Part shown: positions 52,800 to 64,000 of the stretch, piece by piece
Position numbering within the stretch: position 1 is the first letter of the stretch
How the letters are laid out: every line of letters starts with the position of its first letter
DNA from: Octopus bimaculoides
Taxonomy: Eukaryota
Direction: 5' to 3'
DNA: 64,000 nt
NCBI RefSeq assembly: GCF_001194135.2
Contig: NC_068995.1
Location: forward strand, 38,303,999 to 38,367,998
Position numbers and translations under genes: made by a program
Notes under the pieces: generated by a model
Database searches by the model: none
What the model was told of the DNA's origin: nothing
What the model saw: only the letters and a program-made list of their open reading frames with translations

Positions 52800-54325
52800 A
52801 AACAAGGAAAGTCCAAAGACGGGAAAAACAGAGGAAGAAAAAATCGCCACCGAAGACCACAAGGTTACATTGTGGAAGGACCGGAAGGGGAAGGGGTGGA
52901 GGAAAAGTTATTTCTAAGACAGGAGAGTGCAAGAGAGAGGTAAGTAGGTGTGCGTGCGCGCAGATCCGTGTGTGTGTGTGTAATAACAGAACTTGTGTGT
53001 ACGTATGCATGTGTGTGTGTTTGGTTTGGCTGTTTATCTGTTAGTATGTGTGTGTTTCTGTGTGTTTGTTGTGTGACGTTGTGGAAGGAATTCGTAGCAG
53101 GAATAATTTGGGAGTGTGTGTGGACAATGGTCAGTAGAAAGCGGGCAGGCTGTTTTTGAGTATGTGTATGTTGTGTGGGTGTTATTTTCTAGCAGTGTGT
53201 GCCTGTATTTTTGTGTGTGTGTGTGTATGTGNNNNNNNNNNGTTATTTTCTAGCAGTGTGTGCCTGTATTTTTGTGTGCGTGTGTGTATGTGTATATATA
53301 TGTGTGTGTACGTGTGTGTGTATATGCGTGCGGTTTGCTCTGTGGATCGCACCTGGGTTATTTCGTGTGTGAGTGTGGGTGCATGTATATGCGTCGTATC
53401 TGTACGTATGTGTGTTAATGTTTGTTGTGTGTGTATGTGAGTTATGTGTGGGTTCATTTGCGTGTGTGTCCATGTATGTATACCTGTGTGTGTGTGTGTG
53501 AATGTGTGTTGTGTGTGTAGGAGTTATGTGTGGGTTCATTTGCATGTGTGTGTGTGCATGTGTATGTGTGTGTGAGTGTANNNNNNNNNNNNNNNNNNNN
53601 NNNNNNNNNNNNNNNNNNNNNNNNNNNNNNNNNNNNNNNNNNNNNNNNNNNNNNNNNNNNNNNNNNNNNNNNNNNNNNNNNNNNNNNNNNNNNNNNNNNN
53701 NNNNNNNNNNNNNNNNNNNNNNNNNNNNNNNNNNNNNNNNNNNNNNNNNNNNNNNNNNNNNNNNNNNNNNNNNNNNNNNNNNNNNNNNNNNNNNNNNNNN
53801 NNNNNNNNNNNNNNNNNNNNNNNNNNNNNNNNNNNNNNGGGTTCGTTTGTGCATGTGTGTGTATGTGTCTTTTGTGTGTATGCATGTGTGTGTGTGTGTG
53901 TGTATGTGTCTTTTGTGTGTATGCATGTGTGTGTGTGTGTGTGCGCGTATGATGTGTGTTCGTGTGTATGTAGATAGGGGGTTTGTGTGTGGAGGTATAT
54001 GTGCGTTTTTTTCGCGCCTATGCATGTGTATGTGTATGTGTATGTGCGTGTATGTGTGCGTGCATGTGTGCATAGGAAAATGGATATGAAAGTAAACATG
54101 AACAGACAAGCACACATACACACACACGCAAATGAAGTTGAATCACACGATCATATATACACACACTTTACTTCACACAAAGACAAATATAGACACACAT
54201 ACATTCACACACATGGAGATACACATACAGACACCGTACATAGTCACAAAAACCCATGCACACAAACATACACACTCAGACATACACACACAAGGAGACA
54301 GAGAGAGGTACACACACATACAAAT

Positions 54326-54329
<4 letters not shown>

Positions 54330-54371
<42 letters not shown>

Positions 54372-54640
54372 ACACACATAGAAACACACAAACACATGAA
54401 TATGTAGAATACGTACGTATATGTGTATGCGCATATATAATAACCCAAGCACATGCACGCAAAAGAAAATAAAATAACACAGCTCGGATAACGGACAGAG
54501 TAAACAACTATTGAAAAGATTGCAAGGCGGATCGAACATTTTAGAAGAATATATAAGTAGATGAGTGGAAACTTTACCGGTGTGTGTATTAAATTATAAG
54601 ACACTTAAAGAGAATCACTCTCCCAAGACACAACAGTATG
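54330..54640 (+). repeat. Unclassified dispersed repeat; inverted copy at 63158-63570, partial copy at 63576-63693
   Basis: ATAACGGACAGAGT..ACTATTGAAAAG.TTGCAAG and GGTG.GTGT..TAAATTATAAG.CAC blocks shared among the copies. Confidence 0.8.
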
Positions 54641-54845
54641 TATGCATGTAATCAGAACAAGGTGTGCATTCAGAAAAGCATGGAGCTATTACAGTAAGCA
54701 CCTCGTAAGGACTCTGCCAACTGTATAGTGTAAATTGTCCATGTAACTGAAACCCAGAAAACCCGACCGATGAAAATATATATCAGAGATTGTATTACTT
54801 CGTTATTAATTAATGGTGATATATCATATATATGCATGCATATAC

Positions 54846-55770
54846 ACAGCCTGCGGTGGGTACACTTTTGTCATTTTACAATTTTAATTTCGCGCATGCG
54901 TCTCTTTTGTTTTTAGTTATTGTCGCTTACACAGTATAGTAAGGTCAGTTGGGCACCGTCTGTGAGAAAAACTGCACCATGACGCAATTTACTCTGTTAG
55001 ATATTTTGGAAACGATATGCTGTGCTGCATGACATTCGTGCCAGAAGCACCAATACGAACATTTCAGATTGTTTGGGTGTCAATCTGAGAACAATGCAAA
55101 TGATTTTGAAAGAGTTGGATGAGACTAAAGGAAATTATAAATGTACAGCAGCTCGGAAAACTCATTCGGCTTGTTCTGATAAGAAAGAACCCCTGAATTT
55201 TTTGGTGAGATCCAAGCCATGATTGACAACAATTCCTCTAAGCCCATCGCCAGGGACATGGGAGTGTCTGAGTTTCTTATCAGGCTGGTAGTTCATGAAG
55301 ACACAAGGTGAAAAAGGGCCAGATTTTATCTCCAGCCATCAAAGACATGAGAAAAGACCGCACTAGGAAACTTCTGAACAAACTCAAGCATCCCCTTCGA
55401 ACGAACATGCTTTAGTTTTTCTCAGGCGAGAAAAAATTCTGCCATGATCAGATGGTGAACACAGAACAACCATTCACTTGCCGTATCCCAAAATCATGTA
55501 CGGAGTGTGATAAAAATCAAACATCCAATTAACATCATGCTGCTTGGAGTGATCACCAGCGATGGTGATATTATGCTTCCATTCATCTTCCTATACGGCC
55601 TTAGACTCCACACCAAGGCCTACATCAAGTGCTAGGAGGAGTTAATGCTGCCCTTGGTCAAGAGGGTGTTTGCTGGAAGAACTTATGTCTGGCAAAAGAT
55701 TTCTGTGCTATGCCACACAAGCAGGAGAACCCAGCCATGGCGGTCAGACAATTTCTGCGACCACATCACT
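54846..55770 (+). mobile_element. maT-like (DD37D) transposon, degenerate
   Basis: N-terminal CLGVNLRTMQMILKEL, then HPINIMLLGVITSDGDIMLPFIF and GRTYVWQ. Confidence 0.8.
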
Positions 55771-56669
55771 AGTTTGCTTATTTTCAAACAGAAAAGGAAT
55801 CGTTTTTTAAAAGAAAACTGGTGAATTTAAAATCATTTACCTTGTCCCCAGCACCATAAATTCTAAAATTTCGCCCTTTTTTCGAAACGTGTATTCATCG
55901 TAATTTTAAAATAAGTATAGTCCGATATTGCAACTTATACAGATGTCTATAATTTTAGATAATTTTCAGATGCAAAGGTGTGTGATTTAAGGCAGATTTA
56001 GCTATTATTTCCAGCACATCCCACAACCACCTGGTAGCTTCCTTGATTCTATGCCACTATGGATTTTATTGATGCTTTCCATTTTTTCTTTTAGTAAAGA
56101 CATTTTATGAAATGATTAATTGGAAGTTTTAACCCGAGTGCGGTCCACTGGTGGTGTTTAAGCAACAACAGCAATAAATTTTCCAATTTAAATATTTAAA
56201 CCCCACCCTACACCAAGCGTGTGTGCGCGTGTTTGTGTCTGTCTGTCATCGTAAGAGAAATCATATTTTCTAAGAGAAAAGTGTTTTATTAAAATAAGTT
56301 ATCATATACATAGCTGTTTTAATTACCCTGTCACGCTAATGGAATTCCTGTCACACATGCATACACACACTCTGATACAAATACGTACACACTCTCAGCA
56401 TAAGGGGTATACATATATAGAGTGAGCTGGAGTCTGGTAAATATATATAGAGAGAGGAATGTTTCAATGAGAAAAGAGAAAAAGGAAAGAATTGGAGAAA
56501 TAAAGAGAGCGTGGGAAAGAGAGAAAGAGAAATATCAAGATAGATAGATATAGAGAGAGTTGCTGTTAGAAGTTTTAACATTTTTAAATTAAGAGAACAT
56601 TTTCCAGTTCGGTGTAATGGTGTAATTTTTCACGATGGATTTGTCTGTCTGTTTGTCTGTCTGCGTATC

Positions 56670-56784
<115 letters not shown>

Positions 56785-57459
56785 CTCTTCATATGACATG
56801 CTTTCATCTTGTTTAAAATCTGTAACAGCAACAGAATAGATCTCTCTCTTGCCCTCTCCTCCTCTCTCACTCTGTCTATTTGTCTAACTCTTTCGTTTTT
56901 CGCATTTCTGATTTCCCTTCTCATCATACATCAGCAAATATCAAGACAGTTTTATTATCGGAATGAGCAGCAAGTGCAATGATGATTTGTTGATCACCAT
57001 GCTTTAACTTTCCATTTGATCATTGTCTTTTCCCCGTAAAGCTTTGGGAGATGAGAGAACATGTAATCACAAGTTAAGATATGAACTATACACTCCTAAA
57101 CACATCTATTGTTCAGTATTCATTCTGTAATATTCAATAGTTACCATATAGATATATTTATAAGTGGAACATTTCGGAGTGTCCATTTGCGTTTAACCTT
57201 ATGGGAAAACTAACACTTGACGGCTGAAACAACATATTACGTATAACAAAAGAATAAAATTACTTATAGCAATTTATTTAATGTATTTTTAATAATACAT
57301 AAAATTACTAACAAAATATTTTTTTGATGTATAACTAAGTGGAAATATCTTTTGCAACATATAATTGTAGTTTTCAAACATTAAATGCATATTCGATCTT
57401 CAGATCATTTAAAGTATGTGCTTCAAACATATTATATAATGACCCATGGATAAAGAGGA

Positions 57460-57462
<3 letters not shown>

Positions 57463-57554
<92 letters not shown>
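57463..57554. repeat. (GA)n microsatellite about 50 bp upstream of the CR-D TATA-like box
   Basis: Direct reading of the sequence. Confidence 0.97.
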
Positions 57555-57603
57555 AATAAAAAAAACATGAATGACGACAGTGGGGATGAGATAAAAAAAT
57601 CTG

Positions 57604-57640
57604 TATTTAAGGGCATTGACGGTCAGAACGAATACTTTCC
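57604..57640 (+). promoter_or_regulatory. Putative core promoter of CR-D (TATA-like TATTTAAG)
   Basis: TGTATTTAAGGGC identical to the CR-C motif, at the homologous position upstream of the conserved splice-donor-like site. Confidence 0.45.
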
Positions 57641-57829
57641 TACTTCCTATTGCACACCTACACATATCTGCAGACCAACTGCCCCTTTACATAGATCCAA
57701 AGACCATCTAAAATGGTACAGACATTTGAAGACCTGATAATGTATGATAACGTTCATGATAAGCAGTGCTGAATTATATGATCTTCGTTTGATTGCATAA
57801 CATAAACACAGAATCCCATGAAACGCAAG

Positions 57830-57966
57830 GTAATTGGAACTCTTTTTAGACGTTTGTGTATTAATTTGGACACAAAATACATTGTCAGTACATACGTAAT
57901 TTACATCATCCCTATTATTAGGATACTTTTAATAAAAAATACTTCCTATATGTTTTAACTATGCAG
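57830..57966 (+). other. Predicted 5'-UTR intron of CR-D
   Basis: Donor CAAG|GTAATT at 57830 and acceptor ttttaactatgcAG|G at 57966. Homologous donors precede CR-B (37602), CR-C (42804) and CR-psi (60829). Confidence 0.5.
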
Positions 57967-58059
57967 GAGAAATATATAGAAAGACGCAACACATGCACAG
58001 ACTTAAATATACTAAGAAAAAAAATTATCAAGCGCAATATTTCCTTTAAATTGATCATC

Positions 58060-59205
58060 ATGAAATTGATAGTTGCCTTAATTCATATTTCAATTGCAAG
58101 TGCTTCTTCAGAAAATATACCTCTAAAAACAGTGTTATTCAGCAATTACGATAAAACAAAGAAACCGGCTAATGAGGAAGATGGCTTAGTATATGTAAAT
58201 GTGTCACTATTCGTAGAGAACATTATTGGATTAGACATCAAGCAAGGTGTACTGGCAAGTAATTTAATACTCGGCATAAACTGGCGCGACACTAATCTCA
58301 AGTGGGATAACTCAAAATACGGGAAAAGTCTCATAAATGTTGAATTAGTTAAGATATGGTACCCTAATATTCAAATATGTAATAGCATAACGGGTAAATT
58401 TCATATGGATCCGAACATGGCAGTCACTATAAATTCTACCGGGTACATTCACTTGTATATAGACGAAATATTCAAAACTTACTGCAGGATTAACGTTCAG
58501 AAATATCCTTTTGATGAGCACGAATGTGATATATTGGTTTGCTTTGCGCATCTGATGCATATGGAGGAAAGAATAGGTGCGTTTGAGTACGATATAGAAT
58601 CCAAATCCAAATCAAAACAATGGAATTTCAAATTTGAAGAGATTGACACGGGAAAGACGAATATTACAGCAGTGGGCCTTACAGTTCACAGCAAGAGAAA
58701 AATTAACAGTGCAACAATAACAAAAATTATACCCCCAATTATGTTAACATTTTTGATCTTTGCTGTCCATCTGCTCCCGGCTGACTCAGGAGAGAAAGTT
58801 TCACTTGCAATCACTGTTTTTCTTACAAACATAGTTTTCCTTTCTGAAACTGAAAAAACATTGGGTAATAATTCTGAGGAACCATCTGCATATCTAATAT
58901 ATCTCTTAATTTTGACATTTGTCAGCGGTTGTTCTACTGTCGTGTCAGTAATTATATGTAAAGTGCATGCTCACCAGACTGGATCGAAAAATAACTCAAC
59001 TCCAGAAATTGCAAACGAAACAAATAGATCAAGAAACAGGGTTGGTGTTTCAGAAATCTCAGATGAACAAAATATGAAGATAAAGGCGAAAACTGCGTAT
59101 AAAAAACATGTTATAACATCTCAGAAACTAGACAAAATATCTGTGTCAATAATTGTCGTATTTCTCATGCTCTATATCATAATTGCTTTGTCAGATATTA
59201 AGTAA
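58060..59205 (+). CDS. Chemotactile-receptor-like Cys-loop ion channel subunit (CR-D), single coding exon, 381 aa
   Basis: The ORF track starts at 57961, but the ATG at 58060 (MKLIVALIHISIASASS) aligns with the paralogue starts and gives the same length as CR-C. Contains WYPNIQICN, Cys-loop CRINVQKYPFDEHEC, LPADSGEKVS and four TM segments. Confidence 0.95.
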   Translation: MKLIVALIHISIASASSENIPLKTVLFSNYDKTKKPANEEDGLVYVNVSLFVENIIGLDIKQGVLASNLILGINWRDTNLKWDNSKYGKSLINVELVKIWYPNIQICNSITGKFHMDPNMAVTINSTGYIHLYIDEIFKTYCRINVQKYPFDEHECDILVCFAHLMHMEERIGAFEYDIESKSKSKQWNFKFEEIDTGKTNITAVGLTVHSKRKINSATITKIIPPIMLTFLIFAVHLLPADSGEKVSLAITVFLTNIVFLSETEKTLGNNSEEPSAYLIYLLILTFVSGCSTVVSVIICKVHAHQTGSKNNSTPEIANETNRSRNRVGVSEISDEQNMKIKAKTAYKKHVITSQKLDKISVSIIVVFLMLYIIIALSDIK

Positions 59206-59399
59206 TAATGACAAAGAAGAAAATCGCCAATAATTTGAGTTGCGAGGTAATGTTTGGAAAGACTAACACATGGTGTCCTGAAATTAAGACAACGAAGTCT
59301 CGATCTTTAATAACTGACAATGAATGTGATAAGATATGAAGATTATATATAATTATAGAATATTAATGTGTGTACTTTCTGTTTCGGACTAAAGTCAAT

Positions 59400-59800
59400 T
59401 AGATAATGGCTATACAACGAAATACAATCCTAACCCTCCACAAGGACAAAAGTATCGCAGCAATAGCAAACAAGCTTAAAATTAAGAAAATAACAGTCTG
59501 GAAAATTGTCAAGAAATTGAAATAGTCTGGTTCCATCACCAGTCGACCTGGACAAAAGTAGTGTCCGGGCGCCTCAGCCTATCAGATGTTCTAGAGAAAT
59601 GATACGCCGAAATTCTCATTGTTCCGTCAATAAAACTGGCTCTCACAGCAAAAGTAAGACGAACATCGATCTATCGAATGTTGTAGAAAAATCTCAGGAC
59701 TTACCACTAGATGATCTGTCGTTACGAGCTCATATATTTTTATAAGGCCATGAGATTAGAGATAAGAACACATGCAGACAGGCACTTCCGTGAAGAAACA
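59400..59800 (+). mobile_element. Tc1-like transposase N-terminal fragment between CR-D and CR-psi
   Basis: MAIQRNTILTLHKDKSIAAIANKLKIKKITVWKIVKKLK*SGSITSRPG is a paired-like HTH followed by a GRP-like motif, with stops. Confidence 0.55.
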
Positions 59801-60298
59801 TCTACGAAAATGCTAGACCCGAGAGCTCACAGTGCATATCATGGCAATACAGCGCAACAGAGGCAACCTTAGAATCTCCGAAGACATATATAATTTTTTC
59901 ATGTATGTAACATTGTCTGACATTTTCATCTTGAAATAAATTGTGTTCAAGAGTTTTGTATCTAACGTCGTAAGGACTACTCAAAAAACATGCTTTCCCA
60001 ACGAGCGGTACTCCACGTGAGTGAGACCATGTAGGAGACCAAGCTGCATCTTTGCATGGTTCCTAATTCTACTCTTTAAGGTCAGTATGAGCAGCAGGTT
60101 CCATGCAGATTTGTCGATAACGAACTTGAACCATTTGATCCGTGTCATTTCCTCAAATACATTTTCCTTTGTGATCAGACAGGACAAGAAACGACAAGGT
60201 AAAATATAAGCTTACACACTCCTAAAAACATCAATTGTTCAGTAACCATTGTGTAATCTTCAGTAGTTAGCAACAGACAAAATAATTGTTAACTTTTG

Positions 60299-60332
<34 letters not shown>

Positions 60333-61068
60333 CTGGAAAATTCCTGAGTGTCCATCAGAAAAGAATATAATTACCAATTACACGATATGTATTTTATGTA
60401 TTGTTTATTCATGACAGATAAGCGAAAATATCTATTACGGCAAGTGATTGTAGTTTACAAGTCTTAAATTCATATTCTATGTTTGACACATTTAAGGCTT
60501 GTGCTTCAAGTATATTATATATTGGCTTATGCATAGTGAGAAAAGTACAGTCATATGAAAGAAAAAGAAAACGTGTGCGACAGTCTGGGAGAGACTGAAG
60601 AACACTTGTTTCAGAACGAATAATTTCATACCTGGTAGTGCACTTCTACATACACATGCAGACCATACACATTATCTCACAGATCCGAAGGCCATGAAGA
60701 CCATCTAAAATGCTACAGACATTTGAATACCTGATCATATATGATAACATTCCTGATAAGGCATACTGAACTATAAGATATTCTTTTGTTTGCATTACAT
60801 AAACACAGATAATCCTATGAAACGCAAGGTAATTGGAACTCTTTTAATTTAGACGTTTATTTATCAATTTGGACAGAAAATAGATTGTCAGTACATATGT
60901 AACTTATACCATTTCTATTATTAGAATACTTTTAATAAAAAATATTTGTCAAGGTCTTCTATACGCTTCACATATATAGGAGAAATATATAGAAAAATGC
61001 AATACATTTGCAAACTTCTAACATGATGCGAAATAACAAAACGGAATATTTCCCTTTAATAAATCATC

Positions 61069-62166
61069 ATGAAATTGATAGTTGCTCTAATGTTTATGTC
61101 ATGTGGAAGCGCTTCTCCATACGAAAACGGCTTTTTTCCCAACGTATTAAAAAATTATCATAAAACAAAGAGACCTATTGATGACGTTGAGAATATCATA
61201 TTCATAAATGTGTCACTTAACGTAAAGCGTGTTATTGAATCGGGTATTAACCAAGTACAGCATAAAATGGATGGTCGTTAATCGGAAATGGGAATATTCA
61301 GTTTATGGTATAAATCATACGAATGTTTTCTTATATGAAATTCAGTATCCTAACATACAAATATGTAATATTAATATCGTATCGGGGGATTTCAGTTGTT
61401 TTGATCTGTTCAAAGTAGTCACTGTCAATGCTGATAGGATCGTTCACTTATATATGGACAAAATATTCAAAACTTTGTGCAGGATTAACGGTAAAAAATA
61501 TCCTTTCGATGAGTACGAATATGATATAACGTTTTGCTTTGTATGTAGAGGAAAACACCTAAATCAAATCAATGGGATTTCAATTTTTAAGAGAGTGACG
61601 GCGAAAAGGAATATATTATAGCAGTTGGTCTTACAGTTCAGGGCAAGAGGAACGTTAGCAGTGTAACAGTAACAAAAATTATACACCCAACAATGTTAAC
61701 GTTATTGATATTTTCTGTCCATTTATTTCCGCCTGCATCTGGAGTCAAAGTTTCTCTTGCAATTATTGTTTTTCTTACAAACATCGTTTTCCTTTCTGAA
61801 ACTGAAAAAAAAAAAAATATTCGGTAATAATTCTCAGGATCCCTCCATATATCTAATATAATTTTTTAATTCTGAAATTTGTCCGGCGAATGTTCTACTG
61901 TCGAGTCAGTAATTGTGTGTACACTTTTTGCTCACAAGACTGGATCGAACATTAATTAAGCTCCAGAAATTGCACAACAATCAAATAGATCAAGAAAAAG
62001 TGTTTGTGTCTCAGAAACCTCAGATAAACAAAATTTTAAAATAAAAACTCTGAATTCTCATCAGAAATATTTTCTAACGCATCAAAAAGTAGACAAAATA
62101 GTTTTGTCAATAATTGTTGTATACCTCTTACTCTATATCATCTTTGCTTTGTCAGACTCTTGGTAA
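61069..62166 (+). pseudogene. CR-like Cys-loop channel pseudogene (CR-psi)
   Basis: Starts MKLIVALMF like CR-D and is collinear to the end. Lesions: frameshifting deletion near 61255; second Cys-loop Cys to Tyr (61520); deletion after loop B; TAA at 61588; GEK to GVK (61744); A6 to A13 run (61805-61817); TAA at 61859; +1 nt in M3. Confidence 0.92.
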
Positions 62167-63157
62167 TAATGACAAAATAAGGGTAAGTTTCCAGTCATTT
62201 CAGCTGTTAAGCAAGATTTGGAAAGACTATCTCACATGTTAAATATTCGTGTCCACAATGGAAGACTGATTCAAAATTATAGTAATAAAAAAACCATAGC
62301 AAACTCGCAAGATGTGCATCAATTGTACATTTCGTCTAAGAGTCACTAAAGATACTGGCACAGTCTTATTTATATATATAGAAGATTCCGCTTTGCAGAT
62401 AACGTTTTTTCTTGGTACTTCTCAATAAGAATTGTATATAGTAATATCAGAAAGTGCTCATCTGTCATATTTTAAAACTATATACGACTTACATTACAGT
62501 TCATATCCTTAAAACCAAAATAAAACATTACGGACATGTATTTTCATAGCAAGTAAACTTATCTGAGATCGTGTGCTGGAACGAAAACAATTGCAGCGTG
62601 GAAGGTGTTTATAAGCCATTTAAGAAACACATAAAAATCGTTAGAGTCACTTCAACATTTAAATTTAATTTACCAACATATATACGTCGCTTTGAGAACC
62701 GCAACCTGTTCACTGGCAACATTTCGAACTGCATCTCAATAAAACATATAGAAAGAGAATATAACAATGAAGTAAAAAGAATGAATTAAAAAGAATTAGA
62801 AGAACAATGAATTTAACGAACACGGTTATATGCGTTGGGCTGTTATGAATTTGTTTATTTCGACAACATTAATGAATACATGCTTGTTTTGAGAAGGCAA
62901 AATATCTTACATATTTAGAAATCAGACATCAAACAGTGATGTCCATTTTGTTTTAAATTGTGTTTTAAACGCATTTCATATACATTTTCTACAAAACTTG
63001 AAGTCGAAATCATGTCATTTTATTCGCATACTATGCGATTACTGCTTGTTGAAATTGTTGAGAAAATAAATTATAAGTCATTATATTGTATTCTTATTTC
63101 GTTTTTGGATTTGGTTTGCAAGATTCTTAATGTGAGTTCGTGTGTTGAAGCATATTT

Positions 63158-63693
63158 TGTTGTGCCTGGGGAGAGTTATTTTATTTTAGTGCCTTATAAT
63201 TTACCACACTCACCGCTAAAATTTCCACTTGTTCCTCATTTTATTTTCCTAAAATTTTCGTTGCGTCTTGCAACCTTTTCAATAGTTTTGACTCTGTCCG
63301 TTATTTACACTGTGTTCCTTTTTGTTTGTTTGTGTGTAAGTGAGTAGGTCAGTGTGTGTCCGTGTCTATGCATGCATGTATGTATGTACGTATGTATGTA
63401 TGTATGTATGTATGTATGTATGTATGTATGTATGTATGCATGTGTGTATGCATATATGTGTGTGCATGCATATATATATATATGTATGTATGTGTGTGCA
63501 TCTGTATGTAGGTATTCTGCATATTCATGTGCTTGAATGTCCGTGTTTGTGTATTTTTATGCATGTGTGTGTGTGAAGGTTGCAAGATGCAACGAAAATC
63601 TTCAGAATATAAAAATAAGGAATAAGTTGAAATTTTTCCGGTGAGTGTGTTAAATTATAAGGCACAAAAATTAAATGACTCTCTCCAGACAAC
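63158..63693. repeat. Inverted repeat with about 120-bp arms (63158-63277 and 63576-63693) and a (TATG)n-rich spacer
   Basis: The reverse complement of the left arm aligns to the right arm at roughly 80% by eye. Confidence 0.85.
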
Positions 63694-64000
63694 AGATGAT
63701 ATTCTTAATTTCCAAAGAAAATCCGTTTTACGCCGAAGAATGCCAAAACAATCGCTTATCTATACTTACGAAATATTTTATGGGTGTCAGTAGACAAATA
63801 ATAAGCTGATATTGGTGATATTTGAACTGAAAATGTAATACGATCATGTTGATCGGCGTTTCATTTATTCTTTCTTATTTGTGTTTGCAATACGATGAGA
63901 CACGTATTATATATTTCATACGTTCGGTATTTTTGCTACAGCACGCATCACACAAATATTGAAATTAAAAAAAAATGTTATGAGAATGTGCTTTAGACAT

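Noticed and set aside
7861-54604. Long ORFs made of X, poly-K/F/N/L/Y/I, or CV/HT/RE dipeptides
   Set aside because: Artefacts of N gaps and microsatellites.
57961-58059. 33-aa N-terminal extension of CR-D in the ORF track
   Set aside because: It is not signal-peptide-like, has no in-frame counterpart in the paralogues, and its ATG overlaps the predicted splice acceptor (tATGcAG). ATG 58060 fits the family.

Overview
AT-rich, microsatellite- and transposon-dense animal DNA with roughly 4.5 kb of N gaps. The SINE/TE families and genes point to an octopus (cephalopod) genome; this is inference. The main content is a same-strand tandem array of five Cys-loop (pentameric ligand-gated ion channel) paralogues with intronless coding regions: four intact genes (about 14.0, 37.8, 43.1 and 58.1 kb) and one pseudogene (61.1 kb). 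Each intact gene has a signal peptide, a C-x13-C Cys-loop and four TM helices, but lacks the acetylcholine-binding residues (loop A Tyr, loop B Trp, loop C vicinal Cys-Cys, loop D Trp). This matches the octopus chemotactile ('taste-by-touch') receptor (CR) family of divergent nicotinic-receptor-like channels. Window-specific observations: the first gene has lost the GEK cation filter (KQK); loop C flips from strongly basic to acidic between neighbours; the M2-M3 proline is missing; the paralogues appear to share a core promoter, a 5'-UTR intron and a 3'-UTR motif; and the pseudogene lacks exactly the TATA-like box. The intergenic DNA holds mariner/maT/Tc1 relics, R4/Dong-like, Tx1/L1-like, CR1-like and Penelope retroelements, Gypsy and Helitron fragments, tRNA-derived SINEs and hammerhead-ribozyme-like motifs. 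All identities and alignments were done by eye.
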